From: a virus
IMG/VR virus record: IMGVR_UViG_3300017435_000029
Strand: one strand, 5' to 3'
DNA length: 64,000 nt
Shown here in pieces: positions 24,987 through 35,200 of this stretch; within the stretch, counting starts at the first letter, position 1, and each line of letters starts with the position of its first letter. The notes under the pieces were generated by a model that searched no databases, was not told where the DNA came from, and saw only the letters and a program-made list of their open reading frames with translations. Both the position numbers and the translations under genes were made by a program.

Positions 24987-26344
24987 TGAGCGGCGTCCAC
25001 CTCCACGAGGGCCAGACCGAGGCCTACGAGGACCTGTTCGTGGACCAGCTGCACCGCTTCGTGGTGGTCAACTGCGCCCGCGGCTGGGGCAAGAGCTACT
25101 TCATGGCCGCCTGCGCCGTGACCGCAGCGTACGAGCTCATGGCGCTCCCCGCGACCGTGCCCAACAAGCGCGTCGCCGTGATCGCCCCGACGTACGACCA
25201 GGTGACGGACATCTACTGGCCCGTGCTGGCCTACGACATGGGCCTCGAGGCGCTGGCCGTGAAGTCCTCCCAGGACCAGGCCCGCTTCCTGCTGCCCAAC
25301 AACGTCGAGGTCCGCCTGCTGTCCTACGAGGCGGTCGAGCGGATGCGCGGCAAGGGCTACTACTTCGTGGCCTGGGACGAGGTCACCAGCTGCGTGCGCG
25401 GGCAGGACCCGAAGAAGGCCTGGGAGAAGATCATCAGGCCGTGCATCTCCACCCGCTGGTCCCCGAAGAACGCTGCCCGGCTGGGCGCGAGGTCGGCGGG
25501 CAGGGCGGTGATCGCCTCGACCCCCAACGGCTTCGACTACTTCTACGACCTGTTCAACATGCAGGACGGCGACCCCGCGAACTGGAAGTCGTACCACTAC
25601 GACTACACCGGCTCGCCCTTCCTGGACCCCGACGAGATCGAGTCCATCAGGGGCTCCATCGACACCCGCGCCTTCGCGGCGGAGTACCTGGCCCAGTTCA
25701 AGGACTCGGGCAACAGCGTGTTCTACTGCTTCGACCGCAAGGTCCACGTGCGCAGGGACCTGGAGCCTTTCAGGCCGCCGACCCACAGGACCGTCCAGGA
25801 CGGCGAGGACGTGCACGCCTGCATCGACTTCAACGTCGGCATCCAGGCCACGAGCATCTTCGCCAAGAGGGGCGACCAGATGCACTTCCTGGACGAGCTC
25901 CACGGGCACCCGGACACCGAGCAGCTGGCCGTGGCCCTCAGGGGCCGCTACCCAGGGCACAAGATCTACGCCTACCCCGACCCCAGCGGGCGGGCGAGGA
26001 AGACCTCCAGCCCGGTGGGCACGACCGACTTCGCCATCCTCGAGAGCAACGGGATCAGGTGCCTGGCCCACGCCAAGGCTCCCCCGCTGGTGGACTCCGT
26101 GAACGCCGTCAACGGTCTGCTGATGAACTGCAGGGACGAGTCCCGCATGTTCTTCCACCCGGACTGCAAGCGGACGATCGAGAGCATGGAGAGGTCCCGC
26201 TGGGTCGACAACAACCCGAACACCGCGACCATAGACAAGAGCGAGGGCGTGGAGCACCACTCGGACGGCGTCAGGTACGCCTCCGACTACCTGTTCCCCG
26301 TCAGGAGCGCCAAGAGGGCCTCCGCGCGCGGGTTCAACTTCTAG
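24986..26344 (+). CDS. terminase large subunit
   Basis: Deviant Walker A VVVNCARGWGKS, a Walker-B-like YYFVAWDE, and a C-terminal nuclease region containing DPSG. Confidence 0.85.
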   Translation: MSGVHLHEGQTEAYEDLFVDQLHRFVVVNCARGWGKSYFMAACAVTAAYELMALPATVPNKRVAVIAPTYDQVTDIYWPVLAYDMGLEALAVKSSQDQARFLLPNNVEVRLLSYEAVERMRGKGYYFVAWDEVTSCVRGQDPKKAWEKIIRPCISTRWSPKNAARLGARSAGRAVIASTPNGFDYFYDLFNMQDGDPANWKSYHYDYTGSPFLDPDEIESIRGSIDTRAFAAEYLAQFKDSGNSVFYCFDRKVHVRRDLEPFRPPTHRTVQDGEDVHACIDFNVGIQATSIFAKRGDQMHFLDELHGHPDTEQLAVALRGRYPGHKIYAYPDPSGRARKTSSPVGTTDFAILESNGIRCLAHAKAPPLVDSVNAVNGLLMNCRDESRMFFHPDCKRTIESMERSRWVDNNPNTATIDKSEGVEHHSDGVRYASDYLFPVRSAKRASARGFNF

Positions 26345-26354
26345 GAGGGCTGAG

Positions 26355-26654
26355 ATGCTCGACAACACTGAGTACGCGCTCAGGAGCCTGGCCATCTTGG
26401 TCTGGGGCCTGGCCGCGCTGGGGGCCTTCGCGACGGCGGTCCCCCGCATCTTCTTCGGGCACAGGACCGAGGAGAGGGACACGCTGGTCGCCGTCCTCGG
26501 GCTGGCGGCGCTGCTGTTCGTCGGCTACAGCACCAACATCGTATTCCTGTCCACCGACACGGACGTGGCCTCGGCGCTGACCGCCCTGTCCATCTGCCTG
26601 TCGTTCTACTCCGTCAACATGGTGTACCGCTACTGGAAGGACAAGCGCTCGTGA
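26355..26654 (+). CDS. three-TM membrane protein (99 aa)
   Basis: Hydrophobic helices; ORF with high GC3. Confidence 0.55.
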   Translation: MLDNTEYALRSLAILVWGLAALGAFATAVPRIFFGHRTEERDTLVAVLGLAALLFVGYSTNIVFLSTDTDVASALTALSICLSFYSVNMVYRYWKDKRS

Positions 26655-27205
26655 GCGGCCCCGCGCAGGTAGCCATCGACGGCATCAGCATGGGCTCCGC
26701 CATCACGGGCGCGGGCGTGTGGACGGGCGTGCTGACCCTGTTCGGCATCATCTGGAAGAGCCGCGTCCCCATGCGCAAGCTCAACCTGGACGCCGACGAG
26801 ACGCTCCGCAAGGACCTGATGGAGCAGATCAACAAGAAGGACGCCGAGCACGGGGAGCGCGTGAAGGACCTCGAGACGAAGATCGAGGGGATGCGCAAGA
26901 GCTACGAGGGCAAGCTCGAGGCCATGCGGGCGGGCTACGAGGCGAAGCTCGAGGCGGAGAGGGCGACCCACGCCGCGGAGCTCGCCATCGTGCGCCACCG
27001 CATGAACAACCTGGACCAGTGTCTGACGATGATGCTGGCCCTCATCGAGTCCAACCCCGACAAGGCGGGCTCCGTAGTCCAGAAGGTCACGGAGATGCGC
27101 GTCAGGCAGGAGCAGATGGAGGCCGACGAGAAGGCCCGCATCAGGGAGGCCCAGATCACGTCCAGCGCGGCGGCGGCGGCCTTCGCAGAGACGAAGGAGG
27201 AGTAG
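26651..27205 (+). CDS. TM plus coiled-coil protein (184 aa)
   Basis: GTGA overlap with the upstream gene; N-terminal TM followed by charged helices. Confidence 0.55.
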   Translation: MSGPAQVAIDGISMGSAITGAGVWTGVLTLFGIIWKSRVPMRKLNLDADETLRKDLMEQINKKDAEHGERVKDLETKIEGMRKSYEGKLEAMRAGYEAKLEAERATHAAELAIVRHRMNNLDQCLTMMLALIESNPDKAGSVVQKVTEMRVRQEQMEADEKARIREAQITSSAAAAAFAETKEE

Positions 27206-27208
27206 CAC

Positions 27209-27790
27209 ATGGCGCGTTCCCTCATCGCACAGACCACGCTGGACCCCGCCTCCGACCCAGGCTCCGTCCTGTTCTCGCTGGTCATGGGCGAGCAGCTGGA
27301 GTTCCCGGTGGACCTCAGCTTCTACCCGGACGCCAGCCAGCTGGTGTTCAAGCCCGTGGTCATGGAGTCGGACAACCAGCCGGGCCAGAGCTCGCCTCCC
27401 CTGTCGGTCAAGACGGGAGGGGCGTCCACCCTGCTCACCACCCGGCTGCCCTCCTTCAGGGGCGACTGGACCAACACGGTGTACAGCAGGGGCGACCTCG
27501 TGCAGTACGCGGGCACCTACTGGGAGCTCTCCCAGGGCGGCTCGTACAAGACGCTCACCGACCCCGCCCGCGACCCGCTGTGGAGGCCCTCGGGGCTGAA
27601 CCGGGTCTACGTGCGCTTCCCGCTCACGCTGGGCTCGAACTGGTCGCAGAAGCCGACCCCGACAAGCAGCGTGTACGGGTTCGTCGAGCTGGCCTGCACC
27701 GAGAACCCCATGACTAGCTTCCCCTACACCTGGAAGCCCGTGCGCGGCGTGGTCGAGCTGCAGTTCTCGCCGACGCAGCTGGTGACGTAG
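27209..27790 (+). CDS. hypothetical protein (193 aa)
   Basis: RBS GAAGGAGG upstream. Confidence 0.55.
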   Translation: MARSLIAQTTLDPASDPGSVLFSLVMGEQLEFPVDLSFYPDASQLVFKPVVMESDNQPGQSSPPLSVKTGGASTLLTTRLPSFRGDWTNTVYSRGDLVQYAGTYWELSQGGSYKTLTDPARDPLWRPSGLNRVYVRFPLTLGSNWSQKPTPTSSVYGFVELACTENPMTSFPYTWKPVRGVVELQFSPTQLVT

Positions 27791-27791
27791 C

Positions 27792-28037
27792 GTGAGGGCG
27801 GACTCCAGGCCGGAGGTCGTCAGCGCCTCGTCGGACAGGCCGCCCCTCGTGGCGTCCAGGGCTCCCGAGGCCGTGAGGTCAGGGGGAGCGCCCACCGCGC
27901 AGCAGGCGCAGGTGTCCCCGGACGCCAGCACCGTCGGGCCCCAGAGGCCGGGCGGGATACAGAACCAGGCCACGGGGGGTGCCAACCAGTACCTACTCCA
28001 CAACTACGTGGCCAACAACTACACGGGGACCTCGTAA
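27792..28037 (+). CDS. low-complexity hypothetical protein (81 aa)
   Basis: ORF is present but the composition is weakly protein-like. Confidence 0.35.
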   Translation: MRADSRPEVVSASSDRPPLVASRAPEAVRSGGAPTAQQAQVSPDASTVGPQRPGGIQNQATGGANQYLLHNYVANNYTGTS

Positions 28038-28040
28038 GAC

Positions 28041-28250
28041 ATGGCTCAGCCAGCCTACCCCACGCTGAGGAGCACCAACGGCGGCCCCATCTCGTTCGCG
28101 CAGATGGACGCCAACCTGCTCCTCCTCAACAACCTCTTCATCGGGGACACGCCGCCCGTGGGGCAGCAGGGCAAGCCGTACGTCTGGATCCAGACCAACG
28201 TCAACGGCGTCACCGGTGACCTAGCCATCTGGGTAGAGGACGGCAACTAG
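28041..28250 (+). CDS. hypothetical protein (69 aa)
   Basis: ORF with a protein-like translation. Confidence 0.45.
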   Translation: MAQPAYPTLRSTNGGPISFAQMDANLLLLNNLFIGDTPPVGQQGKPYVWIQTNVNGVTGDLAIWVEDGN

Positions 28251-28505
28251 ATGCTGCAGAACGTATTCGGCGACGTCGCCAGCGAGCGGACGACGGGCAT
28301 CGTCTCCGTGCTGCTGGGCCGCATCGCCAACATCCTGGGCTACCTCAGCCCTGACACCAGCGGCAGGCTCCGCGTCGTCCTGGCCGACGGTGCCAGCTCC
28401 ATCGCGGGCATGGGCTCGGTCGGGGGCTACAACGCCCAGTACGACCAGTACGGCCAGATGATGCAGGGCGCCATGAACAACCGCGCATTCATCCAGGTGA
28501 GCTGA
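28251..28505 (+). CDS. hypothetical protein (84 aa)
   Basis: ORF that directly abuts the previous stop. Confidence 0.45.
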   Translation: MLQNVFGDVASERTTGIVSVLLGRIANILGYLSPDTSGRLRVVLADGASSIAGMGSVGGYNAQYDQYGQMMQGAMNNRAFIQVS

Positions 28506-28508
28506 CAC

Positions 28509-29909
28509 ATGCCGACGCAAGTAAACCTCCGCAAGCTGCTGGACCGGAAGCAGTGGGAGCCCTGCTCCTTCGCCCCCGGCAACAGCGGCCCCAACACCTT
28601 CGTGGCCGCGAGCAAGGCCGACAGCCACAAGTTCATGGCCACCTCGAGCACGAACGTGTTCATGTACGACCCCCTGGACGACGGCTGGACCTACCTGCCG
28701 AACCCGGCGATGGGCGGCACCTTCGGCGGCGGCACCTGCGGGGGCTGCGGGCTGCAGGGGCCTTCCGGGACCGCCACCGGCGGCGGCGCGAGCTCGATCA
28801 ACACCAACCTCAACCTGCCGATCGACCTGCGCGGCTACCGCGTGCGGATCATCTCGGGCCCTGGGGCGGGCTCCGAGCGCGTCATCCGGTCGAACACCAT
28901 CGGCGCGAACTCGGTCATCACCGTCACCGCGCCCTTCTCGGCCGCCATCACCAGCGCCAGCCAGTACGTGCTGCTGACGGGCCGCTTCTACTTCTTCAAC
29001 GGCGGCACGCTGTCCGCGACGAGCTTCAAGTACTACGACACCGCGACCAACGCGTGGGTGGCCCTCTCGGTCACCGGCCTCCCGGCCTCGTTCGGCACCG
29101 ACGCCAAGCTCATCGTCACGGACTCCGTGGCCACGTACATCTCCGGCACCGCCACCGGGGGCAGCGCCAACACGCTGGTCAACTCGGGCAAGACCTGGGC
29201 AACCAACGCCTGGGCCAACATGCAGATCCGCGTGACCGAGGGCACCGGCGCCGGCCAGGTGAGGACGATCGCCAGCAACAACGGCACGACCCTCACGACG
29301 ACCGCTAACTGGGCCATCAACCCGGACAGCACCAGCAAGTACGTGGTCGAGGGCAACGACGACTACATCTACCTGCTGGGCAACAACTCGACGGCGATGT
29401 ACCGCTACAGCCTGACGGCGAACGCGTGGACCACGCTGGCCCCCACGACGGCCCGCGCCGCGCAGCCCTCCTCGGGCATGACCGCCAACTGGATCAACGG
29501 CGTCACCGCCGCGGACTGGCTGGACGAGAGCGTGCCCGTGAGCAACGGCCGGTACATCTACTCGTTCCGGGGCAACGGCTCCCAGAACCTGGACGTCTAC
29601 GACATCTCCCTGAACACCTGGGTGGCACAGCCCTACGCGCCGGCCAACGACGCGATCGGCAGCTCCGGGTGCGCGGAGAGCATCGGCGGCTTCATCTACT
29701 TGATGCTCGGCTCCGGCGGGCGCATGATCAAGTTCAACATCGCCACCAACACGATGGAGCCCTGCGGGCAGCTCTGGTACTCCCAGGCTAGCGCGATCAC
29801 GGGCGACCGCATGTTCAGCCACTCGTACATCGACGGGGCTACCCGGCTGGACTTCCTGTACTACAACACCGCATCGCAGAACATGCTGTTCCGCATGCTC
29901 ATCATCTGA
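28509..29909 (+). CDS. Kelch-like beta-propeller repeat protein (466 aa)
   Basis: About five repeats of the pattern [RD]YIY/FYF..G........Y.YS...N.W (RFYFFNGG...KYYDTATNAW; DYIYLLGNN...YRYSLTANAW; RYIYSFRGN...DVYDISLNTW; GFIYLMLGS...IKFNIATNTM). Confidence 0.6.
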   Translation: MPTQVNLRKLLDRKQWEPCSFAPGNSGPNTFVAASKADSHKFMATSSTNVFMYDPLDDGWTYLPNPAMGGTFGGGTCGGCGLQGPSGTATGGGASSINTNLNLPIDLRGYRVRIISGPGAGSERVIRSNTIGANSVITVTAPFSAAITSASQYVLLTGRFYFFNGGTLSATSFKYYDTATNAWVALSVTGLPASFGTDAKLIVTDSVATYISGTATGGSANTLVNSGKTWATNAWANMQIRVTEGTGAGQVRTIASNNGTTLTTTANWAINPDSTSKYVVEGNDDYIYLLGNNSTAMYRYSLTANAWTTLAPTTARAAQPSSGMTANWINGVTAADWLDESVPVSNGRYIYSFRGNGSQNLDVYDISLNTWVAQPYAPANDAIGSSGCAESIGGFIYLMLGSGGRMIKFNIATNTMEPCGQLWYSQASAITGDRMFSHSYIDGATRLDFLYYNTASQNMLFRMLII

Positions 29910-29922
29910 AGGAACGAGTGAA

Positions 29923-30195
29923 ATGAGCGACATCGACATGAACGACGACGTGTTCGACCCGAAGCCCGCCGCAGAGGCGCCGGACCGTCCCCAGGTGCTG
30001 ATCGACGACGACCAGAAGTTCGACGTCCAGCCCGAGAACTCGGCGAACCCCGACGCCGCGCCCTTCCGCGACCGCGTGCCGGCCAACTGGATCGTGCACG
30101 AGATGGAGGACGGCCGCGTCGCGGCGCGCAACCCGCTCACCCAGGAGCGCTTCGAGGGCACCCGTGAGGCCCTGAACGAGAAGCTCGCCGGCTAA
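29923..30195 (+). CDS. acidic hypothetical protein (90 aa)
   Basis: ORF with a protein-like translation. Confidence 0.5.
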   Translation: MSDIDMNDDVFDPKPAAEAPDRPQVLIDDDQKFDVQPENSANPDAAPFRDRVPANWIVHEMEDGRVAARNPLTQERFEGTREALNEKLAG

Positions 30196-31832
30196 TGGAC
30201 GAGGCCACCTTCGACCAGCTCAGGGGAGCCGGCTTCCGTAACAGGACCTCAACGGCCAAGACCTCTGCTGCGGCGGAGGTGGCCAAGACCGTCGCCGACC
30301 CGTCGCTGGCCTACGAGAGCCTCGCCTACAGCAGGCTCAAGGCCAGGGCGGTGTGCTCGGGCGAGCAGGCGGTGAAGGACATGGACTCCGTGCTGGACGT
30401 CTACGCCTTCACCAACCTGCTGATCCCCTTCTCCCCGAGCATGACGCAGCAGCAGTACAACTTCTACAAGGCCGAGGCGGAGCTGCCCGGCATCTGCGCG
30501 CAGTTCGCCAAGACGCTCGTGGGCGGCCTCCTGCGCAAGCAGCCGACCCTGGAGCTCCCGGACTCCGTGCCCGACGACGCCAAGAGCTGGATCGTGGACG
30601 AGTTCGGCAAGGACGACAGCCCGCTGTCCGCCTTCATGGACGAGGCCATCTACGAGGAGGTCAAGACCTCCGGCGCGTGGGTCTTCGTCGACTACCCCGA
30701 CGTGGACGACAAGGTGGAGGGCGCGAAGCCCTACCCCGTGCTGCAGCCCGCCGAGGCCGTCATCCGCGCCCGCACCAGGACCAGCCCCACGGGCAGGACC
30801 GTGCTGGACCGCGTCATCGTGCGCGGCTACGTGGAGCGATACGACGAGGACGAGTACGAGTTCCACCCGCGCTACGTGCCCACGATCTGGGTGCACGAGC
30901 TGAACTCAGCCGGCAAGTACCAGGTGCGCATCTTCGAGGTGCCCGAGAGCACCGACAGCGTGGAGAGCACCTCGGGACGCACCCAGGTGGACCCGAGCAC
31001 GACCAAGCGCCCGGTCCTGGTGGACACAGTCAAGGTGGAGATCAGGGGCGAGGAGATCGACATGATCCCCGCCTGGCCGCTGAACGGCAGCATCGACGGG
31101 CAGGAGCCCATGCTGACGCCGATCATCGACAAGGAGGTCGCGCTCTACAACAAGATCAGCCGCCGCAACCACCTGATGTACGGGGCGGCTACCTACACGC
31201 CCGTCATCTCGTCCAACATGACCGACGACAAGTTCGACGACGTGGTCAAGGGTGGGCTCGGCACCTGGCTCCACCTGGAGCAGGGCGACACCGCCGACGT
31301 GCTGGAGACGCCCACCGCGGCGCTCGACAACATGGAGAAGGCCATCGCCGCCGGCTACGAGGAGATCGCTCGGCTGGGCGTCCGCATGCTGGCCCCGGAG
31401 ACGGGCGACCAGAGCGGCGTGGCGCTGGAGCTGAGGAACGCGGCGCAGACGGCCCAGATGGGCAGCCTGAACACGAAGGTCAGCAACGTCATGCGGCAGG
31501 TCATCTGCTTCATGATCAACTGGGAGTACGGCCTGGACATCAAGGTCGCGGACGTCGACTTCGAGCTGTCCAGCGACTTCAACCCAACGCCGCAGGGGCC
31601 GGACTGGCTCAGGCTGGCCACGGAGTGGTACCAGCAGGGCCTGCTCCCGCGCACCACGTGGCTGCTGATCCTCAAGCAGAACGACATGCTGCCGCCGGAC
31701 TACGACGACGAGGACGGCCAGAAGGAGATCAACGCCGACGACCGCATCGTGTCAGCCCGCGAGCAGAACGACCAGCAGCAGGACAACTTCGCTGCCGGGA
31801 TGGAACAGAAGCTGAAGACCCAGGAGAAGTAG
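30195..31832 (+). CDS. putative portal protein (assigned by position and size)
   Basis: 545-aa protein located between the terminase and the MuF-domain gene, the canonical terminase-portal-MuF order. Confidence 0.55.
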   Translation: MDEATFDQLRGAGFRNRTSTAKTSAAAEVAKTVADPSLAYESLAYSRLKARAVCSGEQAVKDMDSVLDVYAFTNLLIPFSPSMTQQQYNFYKAEAELPGICAQFAKTLVGGLLRKQPTLELPDSVPDDAKSWIVDEFGKDDSPLSAFMDEAIYEEVKTSGAWVFVDYPDVDDKVEGAKPYPVLQPAEAVIRARTRTSPTGRTVLDRVIVRGYVERYDEDEYEFHPRYVPTIWVHELNSAGKYQVRIFEVPESTDSVESTSGRTQVDPSTTKRPVLVDTVKVEIRGEEIDMIPAWPLNGSIDGQEPMLTPIIDKEVALYNKISRRNHLMYGAATYTPVISSNMTDDKFDDVVKGGLGTWLHLEQGDTADVLETPTAALDNMEKAIAAGYEEIARLGVRMLAPETGDQSGVALELRNAAQTAQMGSLNTKVSNVMRQVICFMINWEYGLDIKVADVDFELSSDFNPTPQGPDWLRLATEWYQQGLLPRTTWLLILKQNDMLPPDYDDEDGQKEINADDRIVSAREQNDQQQDNFAAGMEQKLKTQEK

Positions 31833-31833
31833 A

Positions 31834-32295
31834 GTGCTCGACGAGGTCAAGTTCATGAGGGCGCGCCCGTACCCGGTCTCGGTGGGCGTCGTCGACAACA
31901 AGAAGGCCTTCCGTAAGGCGCTCAAGGAGATGGGCGTCCCGAAGAACATGCGGGACACGGACCCCAACGGCTACGCCACGACGCACTTCTTCGGCACCCC
32001 GAAGGGCACGTTCGTCGTCATGCAGTTCCCAAAGGACATGACCAAGAACGCCGAGGAGATGTGCCCCGCAAGCGTGATCGCGCACGAGTGCATGCACGCT
32101 GTGCAGATCATCTTCCAGACGGTGGGCGAGGACAGCCCGAGCATGGAGGCCGAGGCGTACCTGCTGGACGAGATCGTCGAGTTCGCCTTCCGCGAGCTCG
32201 GCTACGCCGTCGTCAAGCGGGACCAGCTGGCGGCGCAGGCTGAGGAGCCCGCCGAGGAGCAGATCGAGATGGACCTACCAACGAAGGACGACTGA
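31834..32295 (+). CDS. small HExxH-motif protein (possible zinc metallopeptidase)
   Basis: Contains IAHECMHAVQ, plus an E about 25 aa downstream. Confidence 0.5.
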   Translation: MLDEVKFMRARPYPVSVGVVDNKKAFRKALKEMGVPKNMRDTDPNGYATTHFFGTPKGTFVVMQFPKDMTKNAEEMCPASVIAHECMHAVQIIFQTVGEDSPSMEAEAYLLDEIVEFAFRELGYAVVKRDQLAAQAEEPAEEQIEMDLPTKDD

Positions 32296-32296
32296 C

Positions 32297-35200
32297 ATGG
32301 CCGAGGCCGTCAACGCAAACACACAGATGTACGATCGCGTGATCGATCGCGCCGCCATGATCCGCATGTACGAGGATCGTGTGCAGGGTAAGGTCACCCT
32401 GACGCTGGACGGTCACGAGAAGCGCCTGGACGACCTTGTCCGGGCAGCGCGCACCGACGTCAAGGGGCTGGACCGGCTGAGGGAGGCCGTGGACCAGGAG
32501 CTGCAGCGCACCTACCAGGAGGCGCACGCCGTCACCAAGAGGTCGCTAGTGGATCTGGCCGTGGACCAGCTGTCCTTCGCCTACCAGAACGTCGAGGTCG
32601 CCATGGGGCCGATCTGGCGCACCGCCCGCCCGACGCGGAGGGTCGCCGAGGAGATCGCCCTGGAGCGGCCGCTGTACGAAGACCGGACGCTGTCGCAGGG
32701 GTGGGCCGGCGTCTCGCTCTCCGAGAGGAAGCGGCTGGACGCCCTCATCCGCAGGGGCGTGGCCCAGGGTTGGACCGTGGACGAGATCGCCCTAGAGGTC
32801 CGCCGAGGCAACGTACACAACATCACGAGGATGCAGGCCAGGACGCTCGTCACGACGGCGGTCACCAGCGTGCACAACCAGGCAGATCATGAAGTCTACA
32901 AAGCGAACGCGAAGGCCCTGCAGGGGTGGCAGTACGTGGCTGTTCTGGACAGCCGTACTACTTCTCTATGCGCCCATCGCGACGGACATATTTACCCGAT
33001 CGGCGACGTGGAGCACCTACCTCCAGCTCACTGGAACTGTCGCAGCACTTCTGTTCCTGTGTTCAAGAGCTGGGAGGACATCGCCAACCTCGAGGGCGCG
33101 GCGGAGGTCCGCAAGAGGAACCTGCGCAACCTGACCCCGGAGGAGCGCGCCTTCTACGACGGCCTGACGCCGGCTCGAGAGGGCTACGAGGCGTGGCTCA
33201 AGAGGCAGCCCGTGCCCGTACAGCTCAGGCACCTGGGCGAGTACAAGAAGGTGGAGATGCTGAACGCCGGGGAGCTGTCCCTGGACAAGTTCACCAAGCC
33301 CGACGGCGCGACGCTCGGCATCCGAGAGCTGCGAAAGCTCACCGACCAGGACGCCGTGGTGCCGGGCGACACGAGGCGCTTCGCCAACGCGAAGGCGCGA
33401 CTGGACGCGATGCGCCTGGGCGCCTCCACGCCCGAGGACCTGTACAAGATGCAGGGCACCCTCGTCGACTACTACCTCCTGCAGGCGGGCGACCTGAACG
33501 GCAACCTCGCCGTCACCAGCTACCGCGGCACCCTGCTGCACAACAAGCGCAACACCCGTAACCGCGTGCTCTCGTCGCCCCCGACCGAGGAGCAGCTGCG
33601 CTACAACCCGCTGACCCAGCGCTACGACGACGTGCGCATCTACCAGCCCAACGCCGACGTCTACGACGGGGCGCTCAGGCGCGTGAGGGACAGCGAGGAC
33701 CTGTTGCAGGGCGACAAGGACTTCGTGCTGTCCACGCTGGACAAGCTGTCCATGAAGATGGGCATGAACGAGCGGGCCGCGGTGGCGGACAACCTCCGCG
33801 TGACCATCGGCCGCTTCCGCAAGAACGGCGAGGTCTGGGGCAACTTCAAGGCCGTCTCTAACAGCCAGATGAAGTTCGACGTGATGAACGTGTCGGACGC
33901 CATCGAGACCCAGCTGCGCCGCGACGGCGACGTGCTGAGGAAGCTGTCCAGGGACGTGTACGTGGACCCGGTACTCGGGGAGACCCAGCTGAGCGAGCTC
34001 GGCGGCGACCTCGTGAAGAACATCAAGGAGCGCAACAGGTGGGACGACACGGTGGCCCCGGCCATCGCCCGAGAGCTCCGCGACTACTTCGACCTCGCCA
34101 TCCCGAAGAAGATCCGCTCCCGCCTGTCCGAGAGGCAGGTGCAGGGCTTCTACCAGCGCTTCGCCGAGAGGCTGGGCGCGGCGGACAGCCCCGACAGGGA
34201 CGCCCTGGCAGTGGCGCTGGGCCGCGACCTGTACAACAGCGCGAACTACAACGGCAACCGCCGGGACTGGTACAACCTGGGGCTCAAGCTCCTGGAGCAG
34301 AAGGCGGGCCACCTCTTCCAGATCGACACCTTCGGCGTGCAGAAGCGCCGGATGCGGTCGAGGCTGAGCGGCGCCTACTTCGGGCCGTACTACGACACCG
34401 TCAGCTACTACATCAAGGTCGAGGACCCGCGCATCGTCCGCTACGCCCGCCTCAACAGGCAGGTGGAGATCGGGCTGCGCGTGCCCGTCACGTCCGAGGG
34501 CCAGAGGCTGACGCTCCGGGAGGGCTACAAGACGTACTTCGTGAGGGACGGGCTGGGCTGGTACGACACCCGCCTTCCGATCGTCTCCTCGTCGAGCTTC
34601 AGCAACTTCCCCACCGAGTTCGTGGACAAGGACTTCGTGTCCGCCATGAACTGGGCGTCGGAGACTAAGTACAAGATCGACCCGGAGTTCCACGAGTTCA
34701 TCCGCAAGCTGCTGTACTTCAAGGACGACCGCGGCAACGCGAAGAAGTACGACGAGCTCAACCACTACCGGAAGTACATGCTGGGGCGCGGCGACGCGTA
34801 CGAGCACTTCAAGACGATGCAGTGGCTCACCGAGGGCGACCGCACGTTCTCCAACCACACCTTCATCGACATGCGCGGGCGCGTCTACTCGCGGGGCTTC
34901 GTGACCCCGCAGAGCGGCGAGAGCTTCCGCCCGTTCTTCAACACCGAGCGCAAGAAGCCCCTCGGGGAGGCCGGGCACGACGCCCTGGTCGACCAGATCG
35001 GCTCCTTCCTCGGGGGCCTGACCGACTACTTCGAGGGCAACTTCGACTCGCTCACCTTCGTGGGGCGCAGGCGGATCGCCGAGAAGTGGCGGCCCGAGCT
35101 GAGGAGGCTGGGTCAGGCCATGTTGTCGGGCAAGCCCGCGGACATGCGCTACGTGCTGGAGAGCCCGGTCGTGGCCCAGGTGGACGGCGAGGAGCTCGGC

